Source of the DNA: Malacoraja senta
Taxonomy: Eukaryota
Direction of reading: 5' to 3'
NCBI GenBank assembly: GCA_038087875.1
Contig: CM075982.1
Span: 19,902,001-19,966,000 of the forward strand
Length of the DNA stretch: 64,000 bases
The notes under the pieces were generated by a model. The model made no database searches and was not told the DNA's origin. It worked only from the letters and a program-made list of their open reading frames with translations. A program made the translations under genes and the position numbers. The first letter of the stretch is position 1. Each line of letters starts with the position of its first letter. Positions 52,677-64,000 of this stretch are shown piece after piece.

Positions 52677-53388
52677 TCTCGGATAAAACTCACGGGGTCA
52701 CGGGGAGAGCCATACAGACAGTACCTGTAGTCAGCATCCAACCCAGGTCACTCGTGCTGTAAAGCAGTGACTCTACTGCTGTACCACTGTGCTGCCCCAG
52801 AAGAAGCTGATGGTTCTTCATTCATACTGGATTATTTAACAGTTTCCCTCGCTGTTGATTCTGCATGATCCCATTACCAGACCCTTGCATCGGTGATTGG
52901 ATTTTGTGGTAGAACAGGGCAAGAAAAGTGAGTCCCCCTGGGGATTCATTTTGGGATTAGGCAGCTTAATTTGTTCATGATCATTTGAATCTACACCGAA
53001 GTAGACACAAAACTCAGCGTGTCAGGCAGCATCTCTGGAGAAAAGGAATAGGTGACGTTTAAGGTCGAGACCCTATTATTCTAATCTTTACTATTCATTG
53101 GAATGGCTTTTAAGAATTCTGAGTCTGTGTTAAAGAATCTGTATTAAAAAACAAAACAAGAAGTGCTGGAAATACTCAGTAGCATAGGCAGTATCTGTGG
53201 AAAGTGAAATGGAGTTAATGTTTTGGGTCCAGTCCCGCTGCCAGGATTGTGTGGACTGTCAGATCTAGGGAATCTCCTGCAGCCCGAGAAGGGTGGTCAG
53301 GTAAATCATGGCAATGAACTCTTTGGTGCACTGGTTTGTCCCAGGGGCCTGGCCTGGCTAATTCTGTGGGAGAAATCTGAGAAGATAA

Positions 53389-53628
<240 letters not shown>

Positions 53629-53629
53629 T

Positions 53630-53905
53630 AGTGTCAAGATACAGTGTAGAAACAGGCCCTTCAGCCCACTGAGTCCACACGGACCAACGATCGCCTGTGC
53701 ACTAGTTCTATCCCACACACTAGGGATAATTTACAGAAACCAATTAACCTGCAAACCTGCACGTCTTTGGAATGTGGGAAGAAACTGGAGCATCCGGATA
53801 AAACCCAGCGGTCACAAGGAGAAAGTGCAATCTCCGTATAGAAATCACCCGTATTTAGGATCAAACCTGGGTCTCCGGCACTATGAGGCAGCAACGGTGC
53901 CGAAC
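53630..53905 (-). mobile_element. HE1/V-SINE, ~110 nt downstream of exon 4
   Basis: Reverse copy with V-domain. Confidence 0.85.
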
Positions 53906-55951
53906 TAGGCTTGGATGCTGTGCTTTATAAATGAATGTTGGTGGAGGGACTCTCAATCCGTCACTCCTCACAAGTAGCCTAATCAGCAATAATCATGAGC
54001 AGCAACCCATCCTCTACCAGGCCTTGAGACATTGTAAGCGAAAGCCTAGAAGGGAGGGAAATTCAAAGGAGATGATAAAATACAGATGATATCTCACAAA
54101 ATCCACAAATGTTTTGTCGGTGCACGCGGAACAAGAGGACAAGGAAGGAAAAGTGAGGGGCCAAAGATTAGGAACCAAAACCATGCCCTGCATATGGAGG
54201 TAGAGAGTTCTGAATGAGCTCTGCACTGTCTTTACAAAATGGAGACAAATATTAAAGTTGGAGTTAGAAAATAGGTGCAGGAGTAGGCCATTCGGCCCTT
54301 CGAGTTAAGGAGGATGAGTGTAAAACTTTGAACAGGACTTGGTGAAAAACTTGGTGAAACAGGAAGTATTAAGAGATTAAGCATTTTAGAAAATGGATAC
54401 ATCTCATGAAACAGGGAATTGAAGGAAGCAGAAGAGGAAAATCCAGAGGCTCTGAGCTCCATTTCCTCAATCTCCCCAATGACGATGGTGTGGGAGGACT
54501 GCTCGCATGGTGCTGTTGTGTAAAGAGGGAGATGATCTGAGTAATTATAACTTCAGTCGTGAGAAAGTTATTGGATCAGTTCTAATGGTCAGTGCGGACC
54601 TTTATTTAGGAAGATGCTGATTAATTTGGGACAATGGGCATAGGTTTGTTAAGGGAAGGTTGTGTCAGCCTAATGACTTGTATTCTGTGAGGAAGTAGGA
54701 AAGAAGATTGAAGGGGCTGGTGAATTTTTTGCCGAACCTGGCAAGGTCCCACGTAGCAGACTGGGCAAACATATACAAACTCAAGGATCTCAGAGAGACT
54801 GGATCGTAAATTGGCCCAGTGGGCGGAAACGGAAGTGGTTAACATGTGTTTTTGTGATAGGAAAGCCTTTATCAGTAGTTCCACAGGGCTCAGTATTTAG
54901 TCATTTGCTTTTTAATAATGTATATAAATCATTTAGACTGATGCACAGGGAGTGATAAAGAAGTTTGCATGTGCAACAAAATTTGACCGTGAATTGGATG
55001 AAATTGAAAGAAGTGGGAAAGACCACAGGGAGACATAAATAGTTTTATACTTGGGGAGATAAATTGCAAATGCACAAGATTAAGAGCACAGGAACATAGA
55101 AGAAGGCAGTCAGGACCTTCAAGCCAGCTTTGCCATTTGATATAATCCACGCTGGCTTCTGTGCCTCTATTCCTTGGTCTTTCAAATATTCATCTACCTC
55201 CACTTTAAATGCATCTTATGATGTGGCCTCCACATTCTTGGGGGACGGAGAACCCCACAGATGCACTGCCCTTTGAGAGAAGTAGTTTCAATGCACCACA
55301 GTTTTGAATGTAACCATGCCACACTGGTTGGACCACAGTTCGACTGGTCACCACAGGAAAGGAGCAATGGCACTGGACTTGGTGTAGGGGAGACTTGCAA
55401 GGATGTGGCCAGGACTGGAAAACCCTAATGTGAGGGAAGATGGGATAAGGTTACTTTCTCTTGAAACAAAAACTGCTAATTGGTAGAGGGGTTACAGGGG
55501 AGCTGAGGAGAAAGAAACGTTCACCCAGAGGGCAAAAAGTGTCTAGAACTCTGTCTGAGAAGGTGGGAGAAATCCTCATCACATTGAAAGAGTACTTGGA
55601 TATGTACTTGAAGATCTGTGAGCTGCAGATCTACAGTCCCGGTGCTAGGAGGTGGCGTTGGGCTGGGACATTTTTAGAATGGAGCCATGGGCTGAACAGA
55701 CTTGTTGGTAAAGTTTATCTGTTCCTGCAACTGCACCCCTTTTTTTCGACATTGGAATGTTTATAAAATTGCTGCATCAAGGTCAGGGCGGGGTCTGACT
55801 CCTAAATAATTGCTCTGTACACAAACACACAGATCATTAAATCGGTGGTTGGGGGGGGGGTGTTTCACTGCCCCAGAACAGGCACCATTCTTGTACCGTA
55901 TGGAAATAAACCATTAAGGAATCTTCCAAGTTTTTCACAACATCAAATGAA

Positions 55952-56270
55952 GTTTACTTTAGTTTAGAGATACAGTGTGGAAACAGGCCCACCGAGTCCG
56001 CACCGACCAGCAATCCCCGCACATTAACAGAAGCCAGCCAGCACACGCTAGAGACAATTTACACTTATACCAAATATACAAACCCAGGCCAATTAACCTA
56101 CAAACCTGTACGTCTTTGGAGTGCGGGAGGAAACCGAAGATCTCGGAGAAAACCCACGCAGGACACGGGGAGAACTAACAAACTCCGTACAGACAGCACA
56201 CGTAGTCAGGATCGAACCTGGGTCTCCGGCGCTGTAAAGCAGCAACTCTGTCGCTGTGCCACCGTGCCGC
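55952..56270 (-). mobile_element. HE1/V-SINE
   Basis: Full-length reverse copy. Confidence 0.88.
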
Positions 56271-56639
56271 ACTTTTCAAGTTCACATTGAAGAAAATAGT
56301 GACGGAGTATGTTAACAAATTGGAAGAATGGGTTATAAATGACATGTCAAAATAGAAAATTTAAAGTGGTATTTTGCACAAAGGAATTAGTAGGTCACTT
56401 CTTGGTTGGAAAATTAAAAGACTACGAGTAGCGGTACAGTCAATATAGAAGCGCACATTCTCAAATTATTCAAAGTTGCACCTTGAGAGAATATTTGTTT
56501 CCAAAAATCTGCTTAATTCCGAATGAAATGTATATACAAAAGAAAAAAGTGCAGATACTCATCTGACATTTTCATTATCTACTGTATACGTTCATTAGTG
56601 TCATATACATTAGTGTTTTCACCCTGTCCTTGAGATCGG

Positions 56640-56950
56640 ATAAACGCAGTCTCTTGCCCAGAGTAGGGAAATGGAGAACCATTTAAGGTAGGTTTAAGGT
56701 ATGGGGTGGGTGGGGAGAGAGGGGGGAGGGGCGGCGGGAGATTTAATGGGAACCCGAGGGGTAACTTTTTTACACAAAGGGTGGTGGGTGTATGGAACGA
56801 GCTGCCAGAAGAGGTGGTTGAGGCAGGTACTGTCTCAACATTTAAGAGACATTTAGAGACATATGGTCTAAAAGCAGGCAGGTGGGACTAGTGTAGATGG
56901 GGCAGGTGGGACGGTATGGACAGGTTGGGCCGAAGGGTGATGACTATGAC
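56640..56950 (+). mobile_element. CR1 LINE 3' end
   Basis: RGNFFTQRVVGVWNELPEEVVEAGT. Confidence 0.85.
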
Positions 56951-59184
56951 TCAAACATCATATATTGAATCAGTGAATGAGCGGGGAGGAGAGTGGTTTA
57001 ACATCAATGGTGGGGGACCTACTGCATCTGGCATAGACTAAGCTCCTGAACTGGTCAGAGAAGGGCTGTGTGGAAGAAAGGTCGTGTCTACCCAGCCACA
57101 CTGTCGGGGTGACTGAGGCGATAGATGAGGGAGTGTCTACAGATGTCATCACTATTAGTAGAAATGAAAGTGCATGGTTTTGCAAGCGAGTTTGCAATTA
57201 CAGATTGGAGTTCCTTCTCTCCAGATATGCTGCCTGTCCCACTGAGTTACTCCAGCATTTTGTGTTTACCATCGATTTAAACCAGCATCTGCAGTTCTTT
57301 CCTACACATGATGAATCATAGAGTTATATATCCAAATTGGATACTAAATTGGGAGACGGTTGTTCAGAAAGGAACAGAAAGTTACAAAGGGGCATGGATT
57401 ACAGCAAAGGCAAATCTAGGATAATTGAAATTCAATCTAGGTCCAAGAAAGATAAATCAGAAGGCGCTGTTAATGCTGAGAATTGTAGAGAGCAGAGGAA
57501 TGAGTGTTTATGTCTTGAGGTTTAAGCTAGTTGACAGATGGAAAGCATTAACAAACGTGCTCATGGAATGGTAGTCTGTTCTCAAGGGAACTGGAATATC
57601 AAGATGAACCATATTTGGAATATTGCAATGTTCCGACCACCCGCAACTGCAATGTTAACAATTGCAGCTTATCAAACGTTATCTAGAAGGTTACATAGAT
57701 CTGCTGTGGTTCAGATGATTATAGGAATGTAACTGAGAATTGAAGGGATTAAATTGAAAAGACCCATTGTTCGAACTTAGTATGTATTCACTTGAGCTTA
57801 CATGGTACAGGAGGTACTGAAAGTGATCTCACGCTATATAAACATGAAAAAGGAATAGTTACGGCAGATAGTTACAGTAAAGGCTGTTTCCTCTTATAGG
57901 GAAATCCAGAAATGACAGAAATACACGTGGAGTCAGAGTCAGAAAGCACATTTTCAGGGAAGGACAGTTGGGGGAAGAGAAAGGACAGTTTCTCTTCCCC
58001 CAAATGTCATAGTTTCTGGATCAATTGTGAACTTTTCCAAACAGAGATTTCCTGGTACGGTGTTGGTATTGAGCAATATTGGTGCTAAGTTGGATAAATG
58101 GTTTTCCATGGTTTAATTGAGAGTAGAGAGGGAGCAAGAAATGATGTGATCTTCTGTTCCTCCTGATGAAGATTAACTACTGAGATATGTGCGCTTGTGG
58201 AAATGGTATTCAACAAGGATTTGACCTGCAACTGCTGCAGGTTTTAGTTTTCTGTTTTAGAGATGCAGTCGCATGACAGGCCCTCCATACAATATGCTGG
58301 AGTAACTCAGCGGGACAGGCAACTTCTCCGGTTAGAAGGGGTGGGTGACGTTTAGGGTCGAGACACTTCTTCAGACTAGTTCTATCCTACACACGAAGGA
58401 CAATTTAGTCAATTAGCCTACAAACCTGCACCTAGGAATGTGGGAGGGAATAAAATCACCCAAGCAATCACAGGGAGAACGTACAAACACCGTACCAACA
58501 GCAACCATTCTCAGGATCAAGCCCAGGTCTCTGGTGCTGCAAGGCAGCAACTCCACAGCTGTGCCACCATGCTGCCTATAGGTAATTTATAGAAACAGAC
58601 TTGATTAGAAATACAGTTTCAAAGTCCTATTAGGGGTATAGTTTGGAGAATTGTGGCAAAATATACTAAGACATTATGCAAGTTTTATTAGATAGCAAAT
58701 GACTTCAAGCAAATGATACGAAGCAATGCAATTTGTAAGGGAATGTGCTCCTTGGCAAATCAGGGTTTGAATGGAGTTGCAGGTCAAAGGGACCAGGGAT
58801 ACAAATAATTGAGTTGTTAGAAGCCATAAAAGAAGTTCATACGTTTAAAAGAAAAAATCTGTGTCCATCATTTTTTAATCTACAGGAATGGAATTGAAAA
58901 TTGAATTTATGCCAAACTTGCACGGCATTGCATTTGGATGGACGTGTAGTTGGCTGTGTGGTTGATCTGTGTGTGTCTGATTCCATCTGGCATAAAGATG
59001 GAGAACACTTCAGAACGTGTCAAATAAAATTTCCAATGTTGACCTTCTGGCAAAGATTGGAGAAGCTGGGGCTCTCTTAATATTGGAAAGAAATAGGCAC
59101 AGGTTAGACAGTACTTAAAACTAAGCAACAAAGCATTGAGTGACTAACATGGAGAGGTTTAGAAAAAGGCTCAGAATTGTAATT

Positions 59185-59498
59185 TAGGTTTGGTTTAGTT
59201 TAGAGTTACGGTGAGGAAACAGGCCCTTCGGCCCACCCAGTCCTCGCTGACCAGCGATCCGCATGCACTAACACTATCCTACACACACTAGGGACGATTT
59301 ACAATTTTATCAAGCCATTTAACCTACAAACCTGTACAACTTTGGAGTGTGGGAGGAAACCAGAGATGCTGGAGAAAACCCACGCAGGTCATGGGGAGAA
59401 TGTAACAAAAACTGAACAGACAGCATCTGTAGTCAGGATCGAACCTGGTTGTCTGTCACTAGGGTAGCAGCTCTAACGCTACACCACTGTGCCGCCCT
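59185..59498 (-). mobile_element. HE1/V-SINE
   Basis: Full-length reverse copy ending GTGCCGCCC. Confidence 0.88.
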
Positions 59499-59750
59499 AG
59501 TGGTAGAAATTTAAGGAGGAATTCTCTTACCTTGGGCCCACACGAAGTTGCTGATATTCCTAGGGGGATCAGGGGTACTTGCTCAACCAGGTGGTTGTGA
59601 TGTCTGTGGAATGCCTCTAAGGTAGGCGTAATAGGCGCAGGATTATTAGGGATCCCCACATGTCTAGGCAGGCTAGAGTGAGTGCTGCTCTGATAAGGTT
59701 CATTAAACTGTGGTGATACCCGCCAGTGACCACTCTCTGTACATTTTTAG

Positions 59751-59894
<144 letters not shown>

Positions 59895-61404
59895 TGAGAA
59901 CTCTGCCACTGCTGATGATTTATCGCATTCATTCCAACCAGTGAATATCTGGTCCTCTAGGTTAGCTGGATGTAGATGAACCCTGGTATTTTAATGCAAC
60001 TCTGGTTTGAACGTTTGAAGGATGTGCCATTTTGATTCCACTAAAAGCTTGTGATGGAAGTGCTCAGAGCTGTCACCTTGTCCTGTGACTGTGCTCCTCT
60101 TGTAGATGGTCACTAGAGAGTCATGGAGGATCTGAAGGGCAACGTTTTCAAACAAAGAGTGATGGGTACATGAAACAAGTTGCCAGAGGAAGCTATTGAG
60201 GGTACAATTTTAATGTTTAAAAAACATGGGAACAGGTACATGGATAGAAAAGGCTTAGAGGTTATCATAGAGTCATGGAGTATTACAGCACAGCACATTG
60301 ATGATTTCATTACGTTCACAAATGCTAAGGTCCAATGCGTTTTATATCCAGGTTAATGGAGACCTGGTGTAATTTCTCATGGGATCAGATTTCATTGGGA
60401 TATGTGTCCAAAAATAAAACAGAAAATGTTGGAAAAGCTCAACTGATTTTCTTGGAAACTGAGACGTTAACTGTTTCTCTTCCCTTTGATGCTGCCCGAC
60501 CTGAGTTTTTCCAGCATCGTCTGTAGTTATTTCAAATTCCCAGAAACAATTTTTTCTTTTTAAATTCTCACTACATGTCCAAAATCTCATGTTACGTGCT
60601 ATTAAGCAAATATCCTTTCTCTTGTCAATCTCTACTTTCAATGCTGAAAAGAAGAACTTTCTTTTCTTCAGTTTCGGGTAACCAATCCTGCTCCTGAATT
60701 AGTGAATCAACATAAGAAGATAAAACAAATATTTAAATGTCTTGTAACTGCTCACTTTATTATTACACATTTGATGCAATCAATCCCGTCATTATTTTGC
60801 TGCAGAGCACTAATTACAGAAAGTGCTCAAGTGTTGATTCACAAAGTGGGTATTATAGCTAATTGGAAATTTTACTGAAGGCTTACAAAATAATAGATAA
60901 TGGTTTAGAATTATTACAATGTCACTGTAATCTCAATATTGTGAATAAACAGTTGAGTTTCACTCTGCCTACATACATCACTCCTTGCATCAGTCACCAA
61001 CACTGCTACAGTCTCTCAAGCCTTTCTGCAAAAGTACTTCCCTGAAGGAGGCAATGGGTAAAGATTGTCGAGAGAATAAATGTTTGGTCTGCAAACGATG
61101 GGCTGAAGGGCCTGTTTTTTGTGTCGTGTGACTCTAGGACTGTTCTGCTACTCAAAGAAGAGAGTGATAACTTATTTTGGCTTTCTGTAGGTAACGTAGG
61201 ACTTGCTTAATGAACCACTCAGTTCCATCCATATCAAGCATCCTTTGCTTCAGTGAAGGACTGAGCAAGTGTAGCCCTGCACTGTTCTTTAATCCCTGTC
61301 TTGCAAGAACAAGAATTGTACTGGTCTGAAATATTCCTACCCTGAGGTGGCTCAGAGACAGTGACAGAACCCATGTTGAGTGCCATGTTTAGTTTGTGAA
61401 CAGT

Positions 61405-61700
61405 GGTTTGCTTTGGTTTAGTTATACAATGCGGAAACAGGCCCTTTGGCCCACCGAGCCCACGTCAACCAGCGATCCTCATAAGCTAGCACTATCCTAC
61501 AAATAGGGACAATTTACAATCTTTACCAAAGTCAATTAACGTACAAACCTGTACATATTTGGACTGTTGGAGGAAACTGGAGCACCCGGAGAAAACCCAC
61601 ACAGTCACAGGGAGAATGTACAAACTCCGTACAGGCAGCACCCATTGTCAGGATCGAACCCGTCAATGGCAACAACTCTACTAATGCACCACCATGCCAC
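61405..61700 (-). mobile_element. HE1/V-SINE
   Basis: Reverse copy with V-domain. Confidence 0.85.
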
Positions 61701-62894
61701 CGGTCTGTGAAGAGGTTGCACAGCATTAGTTGGCACCCACTAAGATGGAAAGAGAATGTGTGCAAAGAATGACAGGGCCTCTTGTTTGTTCCATTCTACT
61801 GTTTCAGACAAAATGTGTTTTGTGTACAATCCACTATTTTTAGCAGTTTGGTTTTCTAGACCCAAGGTCTGGGAGTAAGTGGGAGTTGATGTACTGAGAT
61901 TCTGGCCTTGAAAGCTGCATTAAAAAGTCAATGGAACAAGCCAGCCAGTAACTTGGCAGAAGAGGAGGAAGTGGAGAGAGAGAGAAGGGATATTTACTGG
62001 CAACACCTCACCTGCCGCACCTACTTCACGACAATTTGTTTGTTTAAGTGCTGTGCAAAATATTGGCAGTCTCTGCATCATTGTGTTGGTTGAATAAATT
62101 CATTGTGATCTTTCAGGCATCCTGCTCCATGTACGGGCATGATCGGCGAGTCCTAGCATGCAATGTATGTGAGCGTTTCCATAGGAACTGGGGCAAGGGC
62201 AGGGTGGGTGGGTGGGTGGAGGTTGGAGACTTTCCTGGCACGGTGGTGGCAGACATGATGGGAGCCTGGGGGTGAGCAGGTAATTGAGGGATGCGGCCAG
62301 GAGTGGTGGACGGGACCTACGGCCGGGCTAGGGGGCAAGGCTGGATCAAGGATTGGGGCAGTGATCAGGCCTTTGTCTGGGTGGAGTGGGTAAGGGGAAT
62401 ATTGGTGCCTCAAGCATCAATTGATGGAAGGGCATCTTGACCCTTGGGTAATGGAAGATCGGAGCCTAAGAATTAGGGACCATACATGCCCAAGTGTAAA
62501 TATGGGGTTGAGCCCAGCAGAATCTCTTGTCCAGCCTTGTGTTATGAGTAACCACAAGTCCAAGTGCAGATGATGGAAGGGCCACAGACCGTCGATGAAC
62601 ACTGTCGTTGCTGGATCTTCAGTGAGAGCTTCAATTGGAGTCAATAATGCTTGATTTGTCACATATGCAACTGCACAGTGAAATTCCTTTTGCATATATT
62701 ACACATGCGGGTGCTGCCATTTTTGGCGCCATTATTCAAGTCCGAACTCCTGCCCGCCCGCTTGCTTTTATTGGAGCAGTTCCTGCTAACTGACGCCCCT
62801 CCCACTCCTCGCCCGGTCATTTTGTGTCCTGGGGGCGCCTCCTGCAACCTACCTTGAAAGCGCTGGAGGCTTTACGCTGGTTCACCCTCCTACC

Positions 62895-62948
62895 AGGGTG
62901 GAAGGTTGCAACCTTCACGTGGTCCGCCCTGTTTCGACGAATGCAATC
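62895..62948 (+). ncRNA. Candidate minimal HDV-like (CPEB3-type) self-cleaving ribozyme
   Basis: P1 AGGGUGG/CCGCCCU; J1/2 AA; P2 GGUUGCA/UGCAAUC; P3 ACC/GGU; L3 UUCACGU; G62931 for a one-bp P1.1; P4 reduced to U-UUCG-A; J4/2 CGAA. All elements are in the order required for the nested double pseudoknot. Confidence 0.8.
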
Positions 62949-63022
62949 AACCCGGTGTATAATTTCAAATAGAACAAGGCGTCCTACAACTTTAGGCTGT
63001 GCATGCCATACACAAGAAGAAG
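62895..63022 (+). mobile_element. Short ribozyme-headed non-autonomous retroposon, possibly Ingi/Vingi-derived
   Basis: 5' HDV-like fold; 3' end GCCATACACAAGAAGAAG; imperfect flanking direct repeats ACCCTCCTACC (62884-62894) and ACCCTTCCATC (63023-63033). Confidence 0.6.
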
Positions 63023-64000
63023 ACCCTTCCATCGGCCCACTCCTAGCACCTGAGGCCTCTAGCACTGGCAGGACATTGCATAACTTTGCCACCACAATTG
63101 GATCAGCCAGTACTCGCCCTGAGGCCTGAATTGATATGAGAAGTGGAGGAGAGCCAATTGGCCAAGATTAGGTGCTCGGAACCCATGGAGTGGGACTTCA
63201 ACCCAAGACATTACTCTGGGAAGTGGCTACCTCTCTCCACCATGTTGGATTTGGCTTTCTGGGCCTGCTCATGCTTTGATGTGAGCAGAGCATCAAAGGC
63301 TCCAACACAGAAACCAAAGCAGGTTTGACTAGTGTGTCTGTGGCACTTGGGACCGAGCCGAGAAAACCTGAGCTGAAGTGGGTGTCCCTGCACCTTTGCA
63401 GAAGTGCTGATGCAAGCAGCAGAATGTAATGAGCAGCGTTCCCTGCACAATGGGGAACTCCATGCAGGGTGGGTGAAAGTGAGGCGTGCCTTCAGTGTAT
63501 GTAACACCTAAACAATCCCATTCATGCCTGGGGGAAATCTGTGAGAGAAATTAATCGTCTCCCTGCTCCTGAATGCTATCTAATGACTTTATTGCACCTT
63601 ATGATCTTTGTGTACCTGCCAGTTAAACATTTTTAATAGTTTAAATATCAAGCCCCAAGAGTGCCGTGTTTATTTACATCCTTGGCACTTCTCAGTGACC
63701 TATCCGCCATTCATGTCCACCTTGCATTGTCCACCTGTTATTTTAAACTGCCCTGGTGGTTTTTACTCAATATCCCTCCTCCATCCCTGGTTTATGATCG
63801 TTATGTTATTCTCATCGCTATGCTATTAGATCATTAGTTTCAGTGAACAAGTGTTGTGAAAATAGCTGTTTCTAGGCAATCATTCCTCTGCTTGTTGTCA
63901 TGAGACTAATGCTGGAGATGCTCAGTTTTAAAGTGAGTTGAGGCTGGTGCATTCCTTGCCACCTAATCACAACCCGAATCATTATTTTCTGTAATGCCCG

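Overview
Vertebrate genomic DNA, most likely an elasmobranch (skate/ray-like), judged from HE1/V-SINE, HER1/CR1, Rex1 and Penelope-type repeats. The window covers the 5' part of one + strand SERCA Ca2+-ATPase gene, best matching ATP2A3: the end of exon 1 (1-77), the 18-nt microexon 2 (30432-30449), exon 3 (35578-35660), exon 4 (53419-53520) and exon 5 (59751-59889). These splice in frame to [139 protein letters not shown]. Everything else is repeat-rich intron. The top finding is a 54-nt sequence (62895-62948, sense strand, intron 5) that folds by hand into a complete, minimal HDV/CPEB3-like self-cleaving ribozyme and heads a 128-nt retroposon-like insert. Also notable: an internally deleted Harbinger transposon carrying both transposase and MADF/Myb remnants, its cognate MITE, palindromic Penelope-derived elements with hammerhead cores, a 392-bp ~96% identical inverted duplication, and unusual SERCA substitutions. 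All family assignments are from recalled motifs, not database searches, and repeat boundaries are approximate.
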